From: Balanoglossus misakiensis
Taxonomy: Eukaryota > Animalia > Hemichordata
Direction: 5' to 3'
Assembly: GCA_040954595.2 (NCBI GenBank)
Contig: CM082577.2
Span: 17,057,903-17,121,902 of the forward strand
Length of the DNA stretch: 64,000 nucleotides
The first letter of the stretch is position 1. Every line of letters starts with the position of its first letter. Below the pieces are notes generated by a model. The model ran no database searches. It saw only the letters and a program-made list of their open reading frames with translations, and was not told the origin of the DNA. Positions 1-10,959 of this stretch are shown one piece after another. The translations under genes were made by a program, and so were the position numbers.

Positions 1-207
1 AACACTTAGGAAATTGTATACTTCTCGTGTTAGACCCTCACAGCCAATATGGTGAAAGTACTTGCAAATTCCACATACTAGTGCAGCATCGCTTTCTTTA
101 ATCTCCTTCTTACACGTACCGCATGCACAGTTCGCTACATCCTTGGTCCTTTCCGACCTTGACTTCGAAGATGCACTGCCACGCCTTGTCATCATGGGGG
201 CCGCCAT
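1..207 (-). CDS. 5' part of a PHD-finger ORF running off the left edge, probably ORF1 of a CR1/L2-clade LINE
   Basis: Manual translation from ATG at 207 (caagATGGCG) is open to base 1: MAAPMMTRRGSASSKSRSERTKDVANCACGTCKKEIKESDAALVCGICKYFHHIGCEGLTREVYNFLSV. CxxC...CxxC...HxxC is PHD spacing. Absent from the ORF track because no stop falls in the window. N-terminal PHD fingers are typical of CR1/L2 ORF1. Confidence 0.65.
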   Translation of the reverse strand, partial: MAAPMMTRRGSASSKSRSERTKDVANCACGTCKKEIKESDAALVCGICKYFHHIGCEGLTREVYNFLSV

Positions 208-425
208 CTTGAATAGTGTTACGTTGTAGGTATCAGCGCTCACACACTAAATCGTGTCGGGAGGCCTCCAATGACCATAAAAACTGAAGCTACTTGTCCA
301 GGGGCATCAGGAAACACCAGCAGACACTACCATAACATTACATGTGAGATTCTTCGATAGAACCCATGAATAACTCTCAAAAACATCGGAGCACGTAAAC
401 AGCTTGACCAGCACAACCGCAGCGC
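1..425 (-). mobile_element. Putative 5' end (5'UTR plus ORF1 start) of a non-LTR retrotransposon abutting the Gypsy pol; right boundary approximate (~408-430)
   Basis: The Gypsy pol frame is closed by TGA at 405-407, and no gag or protease is seen upstream; the antisense PHD ORF lies there instead. Confidence 0.45.
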
Positions 426-446
426 CCTCACTTACCTGGCAACCTT

Positions 447-2331
447 GTGGCCAGTCCTTCAGTGTTGACTATGAGGTGTACCGGAAAGAGGAGTAAATTG
501 ACCGTACAGATGCACAATTTTTCCAATAAAAGTATGATCATCAGACCTGGAGACGTCCTTGGTGAGATACATGCCGTCACCTGGGTAGGGACACCTGTAG
601 ATCACCAGGCAGGGATGCACCAAACAACTGTCACCAGTAGTGATGGTCCAGACGAAGACATATTTGACTCAGAAACTGAAATTGACTTAAGCCATTCATC
701 TCTCGATCGTTCTCAGTGTGAATTAGCTCAAGAACTATTGAAGAGGAAATCAGATGTATTCTCTAAACACGAGAATGACCTCGGGTATTGTACAGCAGTG
801 AAACACGAAATACCCCTAATCGACCCCCAGCCTATTCGTCAGAGACACCGCCGAATACCGCCTGCCATGTATGATGAAGTGAGGTCCCTCCTTCAAGGTA
901 TGCTAGCCAGTGGAGCCATTCGCGAGTCCAGCAGTCCATGGGCATCACCCATCGTACTTGTTCGCAAAAAGGATGGCAGTATCCGCCTTTGCATAGACTA
1001 TAGAAAGCTGAACCCAAAAACCATCAAAGACTCCTATGCTATGCCCAGGATAGAAGAGAGCATGGACGCTTTGAAGGGAGCGAAGTGGTTTTCCACAATT
1101 GACTTGAAAAGTGGTTATTGGCAAATCGGCATGGCCGATGAGGACAGAGCCAAGACTGCATTTACTACACCCTTTGGATTTTATGAGTGCAACTGGATGC
1201 CATTTGGATTGACCAATGCGCCGAGCACATTTCAGAGGCTGATGGAGAGATGTATGGGGGACTATAACCTTAACATATGCCTTGTGTACCTTGATGACGT
1301 AATCATCCTTTCCCGCACTTTTGTAGAGCACCTCCATGGACTTGAGATTGTCCTTGATCGCCTCCAGGAGTATGGTCTGAAAGTGAAAGCATCGAAGTGC
1401 CAACTGTTCCGATCTGAAGTAAAATATCTGGGTCACGTGGTGTCGGCTGATGGCGTAAGGACCGACCCAGACAAAGTTGAGGCACTCAAGACATGGCCGG
1501 TCCCCAGGAATGTACATGAGGTGAAATCCTTTCTGGGCTTTGCAGGCTACTATCGGAGATTTGTTCCTGGCTTCTCAAAACTTGCAAAACCACTGAACGA
1601 CTTTACAGTTGGGCTCCCCACCAGACACAAGAATCGTAACAAAACATTAACTGCACAGAGCCGTGAGTTTGTTTGGACACACCAGTGCCAAGCTGCGTTC
1701 GAGGATATAATTGAAAAACTATCGAGTCCACCTGTGCTTGCATATGCCGACTACCACGCCGCATTCGAACTTCACACTGATGCCAGCCTAAATGGTCTTG
1801 GGGCCGCCCTATACCAAGAACAAGACGGCAAGAAACGAGTCGTTGCCTATGCGAGCAGGGGCTTATCACAAAGCGAAAGGAACTATCAAGCCCATAGACT
1901 CGAGTTTCTAGCCCTTAAATGGGCAGTCACTGACAAGTTCCATGACTATTTGTATGGGAATCCATTCAAGGTTGTCACTGATAACAACCCTCTGACCTAC
2001 ATTACCACGAGTGCCAAATTAGATGCCACTGGCCACCGTTGGCTTGCCGCGCTCTCGACGTACAACTTCAGCCTCGCTTACAGACCAGGTGCCAGAAATG
2101 CCGATGCTGACGGCCGTTCTCGTCGTCCCCATCCTTCCAGTGTACAGAACAAATTGACCAGTGACCCAGTCGCAGATTTCGTGAATCGTTGTGGTGTGGA
2201 ACACGAAGAAGTGCTGTGCGAATCTGTCCAGGCTATTTGTCAGTCTTACTTGGCGTCCAAGACCCTGTTGGTAGAAGCAGTAGGTTGTGATGTCACAGCA
2301 GTGCCAGATGCTATGGATAACCCACCCCTAT
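447..2331 (+). pseudogene. Gypsy pol, reverse transcriptase plus RNase H portion
   Basis: Motifs SPWASPIVLVRKKDGSIRLCIDYRKLN, IDLKSGYWQ, MPFGLTNAP, YLDD, LGFAGYYRRF, HTDAS, LEFLALKWAV, TDNNPL. The last ~28 aa of the 656-aa track ORF read into the inserted transposon. Confidence 0.95.
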
Positions 2332-2437
2332 TCATAGTTCCACCCTACGGGCATAAGCCACGCCCCCCTTGGTTACTGTTGCTACGCCCCACAAGCTTTG
2401 AGCTTGTGGGACATTGACCTCCCCAATGTAAATAAAC

Positions 2438-5400
2438 ATGGCGGGGAAACTGGAATCGTTCAGCGATAGTCTGGCGCAATGTTCCTGGCGACATTTCTGT
2501 ATGCTACCTCCCAGAGTTCAAAAACCTATCCAAGAAGTCACAGGAAAAGGGTTTAAACTATTTTACTCAAGGTTATGTCCATGATATAAAAGTTGACGAC
2601 AGTAACACTGCGGAGGTAAACATTCGTGCGCGGTGTTGGAGATCCATGAGAAAGTCAGAGCTTCCGCACAGTATCGACATCTCAATTTCGACGGTGGATA
2701 AAAAAATAACGAACGCTTACTGTACGTGCAAAGCAGGGTAAGTCATTTTATTTACACATTATCTTTTGTTCATCCGTAAAATTTACCACATTTCAAGTAT
2801 TGGTATTTATATGATCGTGGCGAAAAGGCGGCGCCGATCAAGTATCATGACGTCAACGTGAAAGGGGGGGGGGGCTAGACTGCATAGGGATTCGCAGTTC
2901 ATTAAAAGCATAAACAACTGATATTGTGAAAACTGTTCATATGTCAGGACAATAATTCCGTGGATCTTGCAAAATGATTTGGTGAATGTGTTCGTATATC
3001 GGCAACGTGTAGCCCGAGTGCTAGTGCTGCCGTAGCGGTACGCATAGGGGCGCGGGGGCTTCACTTGTCATTGATCGGCGGTTGACTTGTTCAGTGACCT
3101 TTATACAAAACTTTCCGCCGGGGCTCTCACCGCAAGGTCAAGGTTGTGTTTCAAAAGATTTGCTTTGAAAAGAAGGCTTTAGTACATTAAAGAATTAAAC
3201 CCTGTCGTTTTTTTTATCTTTTCTAGTGTAAGTGGTCACTGCTCACATGTTATCGGGCTACTGAAATCTCTACAGGGCTTAAAACTTCATAATTTTTCAT
3301 CAGTACCAACCCAGCTGAGCTGTACCAGTATACCACAACAATGGCATGTTCCAAGGGGACCCAAAATAAAACCTGTTCCAATAAATCATGTTGTAGCCAG
3401 GCCATTAGCTGAATCAAGGCGACGGCGACCTATAGTTTGCCAGATAGACACCAGTAGAAAGTAAGTATCTATTTGAAAATATTGATAAGAACAGCATTAT
3501 TATTGATGACAATGGGATCCAAGTCAAGACTTGAATTCATTGTCAACAATATAAGACTGAATATTTCATCAAACTATTCACAGTAGATCAAGAAATTGGA
3601 ATTGGCACAGGGGCAGAGAAATATAAATGATGCCAAAATGAGTTACAGGGTTTCAAGGCTAGAATATTTGAACAAAAACGTTCATCAACAATGGCAATAT
3701 TTTTTCCAGGTTGCCCAAAGTAACATCAGAGGACATAGAAATTCTGAAGGGAATCAAAGGCACACCCTTAGAGTACACTGTATCCAACGATGTCCCTATG
3801 ACTCAATCTCCTTTTGGTGAAGTACAGCTAGGATCCATTTTATCTTACCAGGTGAGTGATTTACCAGTAATGTACAGTAGTGCAGTGTAGTGAATGATGA
3901 TTTACAAAGAGATAATATTGGGAATATTGCATATTTATTGACAAGTTTTCCTTGTCACTTTTTCTTTTGTCCTTTACAACATAATTGGCCAAAAATTAAA
4001 TTTTCTCATGGAAAAGATTGTATTGCTGTCCTTCCCCCAGAAACCACTCAGAGAAATAAATGTTACAATTAATATAGGGTAAAAATGATATTTATTACCA
4101 GATTCAAAATACAATCATAACATTCAGACATTCATGTATTCTCATGATACTTGTATGTCAACAATACCTCTCTACACAAACAAGTCAAAAATGGCTCAAC
4201 CATGATACTTGTATGTCAACAATACCTCTCTACACAAACCAGTCAAAAATGGCTCAACCATATGTGTATGTCTATCCTCTACACTTCCTTATTCTACTCC
4301 CTACGTATGTTGACTTGTTAAAAATGGCGGATAGGGGGTTTACACTTATATATTAAATAAAAACACATAATATATTAAATAAAAACATTATTAAATAAAA
4401 AAATAAAATAAATAAATAAATAAATTATTATTATTATTATTATTCAGCTTCTCATCATAACCTGCATATCAATCCTGCTAACTGGTTACGGTCACTTGTG
4501 ATAAAAAATGTGTTTATTTTACTTCTTTCTCTTTTACAAAAACATCCTGAAAGAGAGTTAAATAACTACAGACAGACCAGATAGAATTAATCTTTCTCAA
4601 AAGAGAGGTTGGTATAGTTTCAGAGACAATTTTATATGTTTTTACTTTGGCTATTAGTCTTTCAATGCGTATTCTGTGTTTGGCTATTTTTTCTGTGGTT
4701 TCTGTTTCTGCGACAGACATTTGTGAAGTGGAAGAAACAAAAGGGGGAATATTCAATTCTAAACCAAGTCCAGCTATTTCGTTTTGAAGTGTAAACCCCT
4801 TATCCGCCATAATGGCATCCCCCCCTCTTAAGGTACCCACTAGCTAATAAATCCTGTAACAAATTAAGAAACCCACTCTCCCTTGAAATTTCAACATCAG
4901 ATATCCCTCCAGTAAATAATTCAGAAACAAAAACTAAAGAACCACTAGGGTCACAGCCCACTAAACTTTTCAGTGTGGTGTTAGATTTATATTCGCTATA
5001 TAATTGGCTTTGAAGGCCTAAGGCACTTGGGGCTTGAGTTTTTAATTCTGTACAGTCAATAATAACCATGGTTGTCTTGAAATCTGTCTTAAAATTTGGT
5101 GGCATTTTCCCCATAATGACACTTCTGTGTGGCCAAATATTAAGCTGGCCAAATTTCCAATACATGTGGTCTATCCAGGTGTTAAAAATATCCCCAGCTG
5201 ACTGCAGCCCAATCTGGAACCTAACAGCCACATCCCACAACCCAAAATTGTGTCAAAGACGACACAGACACAGAAATAAACAATTTCTACTAGTTAAATT
5301 TTTCACATCAACTCTCTTTTTCTTGTAGTTTAAAACTGTTTTGTTTGGTAAAAGAAATGTCAATAAAGCAATAAATCTAACATATGTGATTCCAGTATAA

Positions 5401-6484
5401 TATTTGAATAGTCCCTTCAGTTTCTTCTGACGTTTGAGGACAGCTGATACACCAAATTTACTATCGGTCTGTGTTTTGAATTTTTCATCTTTTTCCGATA
5501 GCTGAGCATTGAGTTTATCGATCGTGTCATCCTTCTGCTGTAGTTTCTGTTCCAGTCTACAAATTTCGGCACTCTGTGCTAGAAGGTCAAGTGGTGATAT
5601 CCCTGAAAAAATAGACAGAAAATATGTACTTCAAATGTATTTTGCAATATTTTCATTTGTTTTTGCAGATGAACAATATGAAGACAACCGAGCCATCAAT
5701 TAGCCATGGCTGTGGACCAACACTTTTACCCAAAAAAGCTCCAGTCAGTCTTCCAGCAGAATTTATAAGCCTGAATGAAGATTTTGAACAGACCTGTCCA
5801 GAAAAACTTGAACTAGAGACAAGGGGAGAAGCTGGGTTCAACAACTGGCAAAAAGCAAGGGCATGTCGCCTGACCGCTTCAAATTTTGGCAGGATTGTTC
5901 ATCGGAAATCAGCTCCATCTGTAAAATTTCTTGATAGCTTGTTTCAAAACAAATCAATAACAGCTATTTCTTTGGAATATGGTAAACGTAATGAACCAAA
6001 AGCAAAATCCAAGTATTTGGATGTATTCAAAAACAGACATATACATGAATGTGGTTTGATTGTCAATAAAGAATTTGGGTTTCTGGGTGCAACCCCTGAT
6101 GGGAGGTTATGTGATGATGGTAGGTGCGGAATAATCGAATGTAAATGTCCTTACAGTGCACGAAATGTGACCATTGATGATGCTATCAGCAAACTTCCCA
6201 ATTTTATGCTCAAATATTCCCCTAATGGTGATAAAGTTCTAAAGAAAAATCATGCATATTTTTCACTAGTACAGGGTCAGTTAATGGTTTCAGGGGCAGA
6301 ATTTTGTGATTTTGTTGTCTTTACACAAAATGACTTGTTCACACAGCGCGTTTTTCCAGATATTTTATATATGCAGGAGATGTTGACTAAGCTTAGCCTT
6401 TTTTTTCAAAAATCATGCAAAACCATATCTTCCAAAATGTTAATTAATAAACCCTTTTTAAAAATGAGTAGTGTTTTATATTGA
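2438..6484 (+). pseudogene. Spliced SWIM zinc-finger plus YqaJ (lambda-exonuclease-like) gene; exons 2438-2737, 3227-3460, 3710-3851, 5669-6484
   Basis: GT-AG introns with consistent phases (2,2,0). SWIM AYCTCKAG|VSGHCSHV, then SCTSIPQQWHVPRG and FGEVQLGSILSYQ. YqaJ motifs RLTASNFG, YGKRNE, GATPDG, IECKCP, VQGQL. Apparent +1 frameshift near 2473 and probably another in the T-run near 6400. Confidence 0.85.
4143..4258 (+). repeat. 58-bp tandem duplication in an intron
   Basis: CATGATACTTGTATGTCAACAATACCTCTCTACACAAAC(A/C)AGTCAAAAATGGCTCAAC occurs twice. Confidence 0.9.
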
Positions 6485-8989
6485 TCGCATACACCACACT
6501 AAAATATCCAATGATTTGCTTATCAACATTGTGGCAGCCTATTTAATTCCTGACACATCAATATTGTTGATGAAAGAATTTCAATCAAAACAGTAATTCA
6601 ACTTTCAACAGTTAAACAGTAGTACACATAAATGTTGGAGCCTTAATGTTAATTATACTTACATGCATGTTCTGTTTGAGTGCCTACACTTCTTGTCTGC
6701 CGCTGGATATTGATGTTTTCATCAGTTTCCACTTGTCTTGTAACATTTTGTTGATATGGGGCACTATAACAACAAAATAATTCAAACCATTACATACCAA
6801 TATTACTGGATGAATATTTTCTGAAAATATCCACACCACTGAAACAGATAGCTGTCCATGGAAGAACACTTGTTTGGAAAAGATTATTAGAATTAGTTTA
6901 CTGTTTCATATGATATGGAGAATGTCCAAAGGTCAGAGTAGAAACATACACAATAACAAAGGACACTTACATTAAATCCAATGATTATTTTGTTATTGTC
7001 CCAACTTAGATACTCTATTTTGAAATGCAGAAAATATGGCTGTGAACACTTACTTCATTACATTCTCAAACGCACTTGCAATGCATTTTCTTTTGAGAGG
7101 CAAATAATCCGGTGTGTGTTGGTCAGATTGACATCTTCTTCTTGGTGGTAACCTTGTGGGAGTATAGGTACTGCCATCAGCTGGTAGCGGGTCAGTACAT
7201 CCTGGCGTTGGCCCATTGGCGTCGGGAAAATGCTGAAAATGAAACAGAAACGTCAATCAAGATTTAGATAAATCAGTAAGATGACAACACACGATCGATC
7301 CGATCGCAAGTTTTATTTGGGCACATCTAGCCATTAGAATTGGTCACGGTAAGGGACCGTTCAGTTTTTACGGCCGGGGGGGGGGGCCGGCAAAATCCAG
7401 GGGGGTCACTTAAATTTTGAAGTCCACAAGGGGGGGGGGGGGGGTCATCTGTTTTTTTTTAAACGTTTAGGGGGGTCACATACTTTTGCCACCGAACTTT
7501 TGCTTTTGAGTCCACAAAATTGCAGTTTCGCACCCTTTATTTTACAAAATTTTCTAATGTGGGAGGGGGACACCCCCTCCCACACCCACCCCATTCATTC
7601 TCTGCCACATTTCATTTTTTGCTGGTTTGTCTAGTGTACCAGGGCAGAGTGCTTGCCGCCCCAACCCCACCAATGATAATATTTAACAAAGTGAATACAT
7701 AAAGGAGAATAATTGTGCATAACTGATAGTTTCGCGCTGCATCTTCTATATACTAGAAGTTTTATAAATGATGTCATGACAAGATGACGCCAAATCTTCT
7801 AACTTTGAGTGGAGTGGCAAAAAGTAAAATTGGTCCTCCCAAACATTGAGATAATTTGCTTTTGAGTTCATTAAAATGCAACTTTGCGCTACATATTTTA
7901 CAAAATTTTCTTATGTGGGAGGGGGACACACCCACCCCCTCCATTCTTCGCCACATTGCATTTATTCACTGGTTTGTCTAGTGTACCAGGGAAGACTTCT
8001 TATGTGGGAGGGGGACACCCCTCCACTTTTCTTGTTTTACCGATTCTAGCAACTATTGTATTGACTTGTCATTTTAATTTGTTCATAGATTTCTTTATTG
8101 CAACGATGTACTATTATATACTTCAATAATACTTTAAGAAATATATAATTGAGGTGTGAGGAGCCTCATTCCCTTTATTGCATACAGTGTACATAGGATC
8201 AGGACGGCGAATGTTTTGGGCGTGGGGGGGTCATCATATTTTGGGGTCTGTCAAAGGGGGGGGTCATCATTTTTTGGTCCGGGGTGAAGGGGGGGGGGTC
8301 GGCCTGATTTTGAGAACCGATGACAAAAACTTGCCGCCCCCCCCCCCCCCCCCCCTGCCGTAAAAACTGAACGGTCCCTAAGAACGGGATCGGGGAGCCG
8401 GAAGCAGTGTAGTTTGTTTTCATTGCACTGACGACAGGTTCGGGGTCATGGCAGGGTCATGTCATCAGCGTGACGTGACCCTGAAATCAACTACAGAATA
8501 TGCATTTTTGTATTAAAATGCTTTGAATCAACGACAATACATCACAATAACATTTTTATATGACTTCATTACAGAATCATGATGACTGCCATGATATATT
8601 CGTAATAATTTTGAGCAGACGACTCGCGACGCGTGACCATGGTGACGGGTTCAAAGCGGGCCGGTCCGGCATCACTCTCACTCGACCGTTTACAGAAAGC
8701 GACGGAATTTTTTTTTCCAAGCTACCATCAGAACCATGTATTCACGATGAGCAAATACACATTTTGGAATTACAAAAAAGTCATTTCTTACCTTTGAGCA
8801 AACATACTTGTGTTTGTTGATGTTCTCAACATTTAGTTGATAATGTGGTCGTCCGCACGCTTTTATCCACCTGAGACACCTCTCTCTCTGCGTTTTTGGC
8901 TTCGGAAATGGAACAAAATATATAGGCGATGTTGGGTCAAGGTACCGTTCGTCCGATTTACATGTCCCCCAGGCGCATCTCTTCACCAT
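4514..8989 (-). pseudogene. Spliced THAP-HTH-DDE (DDE_Tnp_4-like) transposase; exons 8989-8792, 7232-7054, 6763-6663, 5602-4514
   Basis: THAP MVKRCAWGTC...FPKP...RW...VCSK|HF, then SVGTQT, a coiled coil, KYYTG, HTH CRL*HNFG...RFQI...IFNTWI, and catalytic IIDCTE, MADKGF, RIRIER. Phases 0,2,1 are consistent. Lesions: frameshift ~5482, TGA at 5253-5255 (likely from CGA), frameshift ~4825. Exon 3 is the least certain. Confidence 0.88.
7353..8378. mobile_element. Non-autonomous PIF/Harbinger-type MITE (1026 bp) in transposase intron 1
   Basis: Perfect 22-bp TIRs GGGACCGTTCAGTTTTTACGGC / GCCGTAAAAACTGAACGGTCCC extended by G/C runs. TAA TSD at 7350-7352 and 8379-8381. No credible ORF. Confidence 0.9.
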
Positions 8990-9192
8990 TTTGGCCGATA
9001 TTTAAAACCAATAAATGTCCAATACTGAAATAACACTTTTAGGCAACTGTCTGTCTCCCTATTCTAGGCGTGTACTGTAGGCGACGTTGTTGATTATATG
9101 TGGGACAAAATGGCTGTTGCGCAACAGCATGACTTTTCTGGGCTCTGATTGGCTGAGGGTTCAGTGTGATTGACAGCTGTGGAACCATGAAT

Positions 9193-10902
9193 TGCCAGGG
9201 ATCGAGTCTTTGCCATCGTTGACAAAGGAGGAGTGGAGGGCTGCGCAGCAGAGTGACCCAGCCATACAGCGTGTCATCATCCTGAAGGACAGTGGAAAAT
9301 TGCCTACCAAGAATAGTCGAAAGACAGAGAGTGTGGAAGTTGTGCGGCTTCTTAACGAATGGGACCGACTGTTCTACAGAAATGGTATCTTGTACAGGGC
9401 GTGTACTGCTCCAAGTGGTGAAAAACGCTATCAGCTGGTGCTCCCCAGACAGTACAGAGCTATGGTACTCAGAGGTCTGCACGATGAGGTCGGTCACCTC
9501 GGCAAGGAAAGGACCTTAGACTTGGTTAGGTCCCGTTTCTTTTGGCCATATATGGCGCGTGATGTAGATGCTAAGATAAAGGCTTGTGAAAGATGTATCA
9601 GGCGGAAGATGCCACCAGGTGTTAGCCCAGTAGCCCCGTTGTTGAATATTAGGACCAGACAAACCCATGGAATTGCTGTGCATGGATTACTTGACACTGG
9701 AAGAATCCAAGGGCGGAATCTCTAATATCCTGGTCATCACTGATCATTTCACACGCTACGCAGTTGCCATCCCAACCCATAACCAGACTGCCCAGACTAC
9801 AGCCAAACACTTGTTCAACAATTTCATGGTCCATTATGGTTTTCAAGCCAGATTGCATTCCGACCAAGGCAGGAATTTTGAGTCCGAAGTTATCCGACAA
9901 CTGTGTAAGATAAGTGGTATAAAGAAGTCGAGAACAACTCCCTATGCACAGGACCTGAGGAGCCGTCTAGATTATGCATATGAAATTGCATCGAGAGTTG
10001 CGAATAAGAAGTCTTCTGATAATAAAGAGAGATACGACAACCGGGTACGAGGGACCGTATTGGAGTCTGGAGACCGTGTTTTTAAGTAAAGAATGTCAAC
10101 ATTTGTGGGAAGCATAAGATCGCAGACAGGTGGGAGAGAGAAGTGTTCATAGTAGTGTGCAGGACGAACCGCGACTTGCCTGTGTATACAGTCCGACCAG
10201 AGACTTGGACTGGAAGAGAAAGAACCCTCCACCGCAATCTCCTCTTGCCATGCAACACATTGCCACGACCACCAGAGGACCAGATGCCGACTTCAGTGGT
10301 GAAAATGATTGTGAGAGGCGCAGGATTACGAGGAAGAGAAGTGAACTATGTAGTGATGACAGTGACCTGTCTGATTTCGATGCTGACCATTGGTGGAAGA
10401 GGTCTACACCCTTCAGATGCCCAACAATGAACTGGAAGATACAGGCCGGCCTTCGGAAACAGTAGGAGTAGTGTCTGCAGCTGAGAGTAGCTCTCCGGAT
10501 GGAGGTCAGTCTTCCGAACCAGTAGAAGTATCGTCGGCAGCTGAAACTAGTTCTCGGGACGTGGGTGAAACAGCCTTTTCACCTACTGAAGACGAGGAAC
10601 CAGGACAGTGTTTGGAGAACCTGGATGATGAAAACGAGCTGGATGACTTGATGCAACAGGAAGATTCGGATAGCCTACAAGAAGTTGTACAACCCGAACC
10701 CATGGAAGATATCGAAAGGGAACCTTTGAGGAGATCCAAGAGGACCATAAAGCCACCAGACCGCTTGAACTTGACGCAGATAAGTAATATGCCAGATGAG
10801 AGACTAGGTGTGGATAACGTTGCCTCTGTGGAACGTGGTGCGCAGGATGAATCTGCCTGTCATGTTTCTGCAGCGATCATTGACCTTATGTGGAACCGCT
10901 GA
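9193..10902 (+). pseudogene. Gypsy pol, integrase and C-terminal tail (frameshifted, internally deleted)
   Basis: HHCC finger LHDEVGHLG...CERC, catalytic CMDYL and [10 protein letters not shown]. The segment bearing the catalytic E is missing after RTTPY (~9945). Frameshifts near 9660 and 10085. Tail LHRNLLLPC and LRRSKRTIKPPDRL. Confidence 0.9.
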
Positions 10903-10945
10903 ATATATTCAGCTTTCTATTTGGAATATCGGGACGCTATTCCAC

Positions 10946-10956
10946 AAAGAGGGGGA
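10946..10956 (+). promoter_or_regulatory. Polypurine tract of the Gypsy element
   Basis: AAAGAGGGGGA lies 3 nt upstream of the LTR start TGTAACCA. Confidence 0.85.
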
Positions 10957-10959
10957 TTG

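Larger units (their letters stand above)
2332..9190. mobile_element. ISL2EU-type (PIF/Harbinger-ISL2EU-Spy group) DNA transposon, full length, non-functional copy
   Basis: TIRs TCATAGTTCCAC (2332-2343) and GTGGAACCATGA (9179-9190), 11/12 match. AT TSD at 2330-2331 and 9191-9192. THAP+HTH+DDE transposase plus YqaJ-like exonuclease is the gene pair described for ISL2EU. Confidence 0.88.

Noticed and set aside
2332-2417. C-terminal extension of the 656-aa pol ORF (FIVPPYGHKPR...)
   Set aside because: Read-through into the inserted transposon end; the true pol continues at 9193.
5624-6484. YqaJ ORF as a phage or bacterial gene or contamination
   Set aside because: It is a spliced last exon (acceptor at 5668) inside a TIR-bounded eukaryotic transposon.
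6783-7016. Additional candidate minus-strand transposase mini-exons
   Set aside because: Splice-like signals are present, but one candidate has a stop and an implausibly short intron, and the 4-exon model is already phase-consistent without them.
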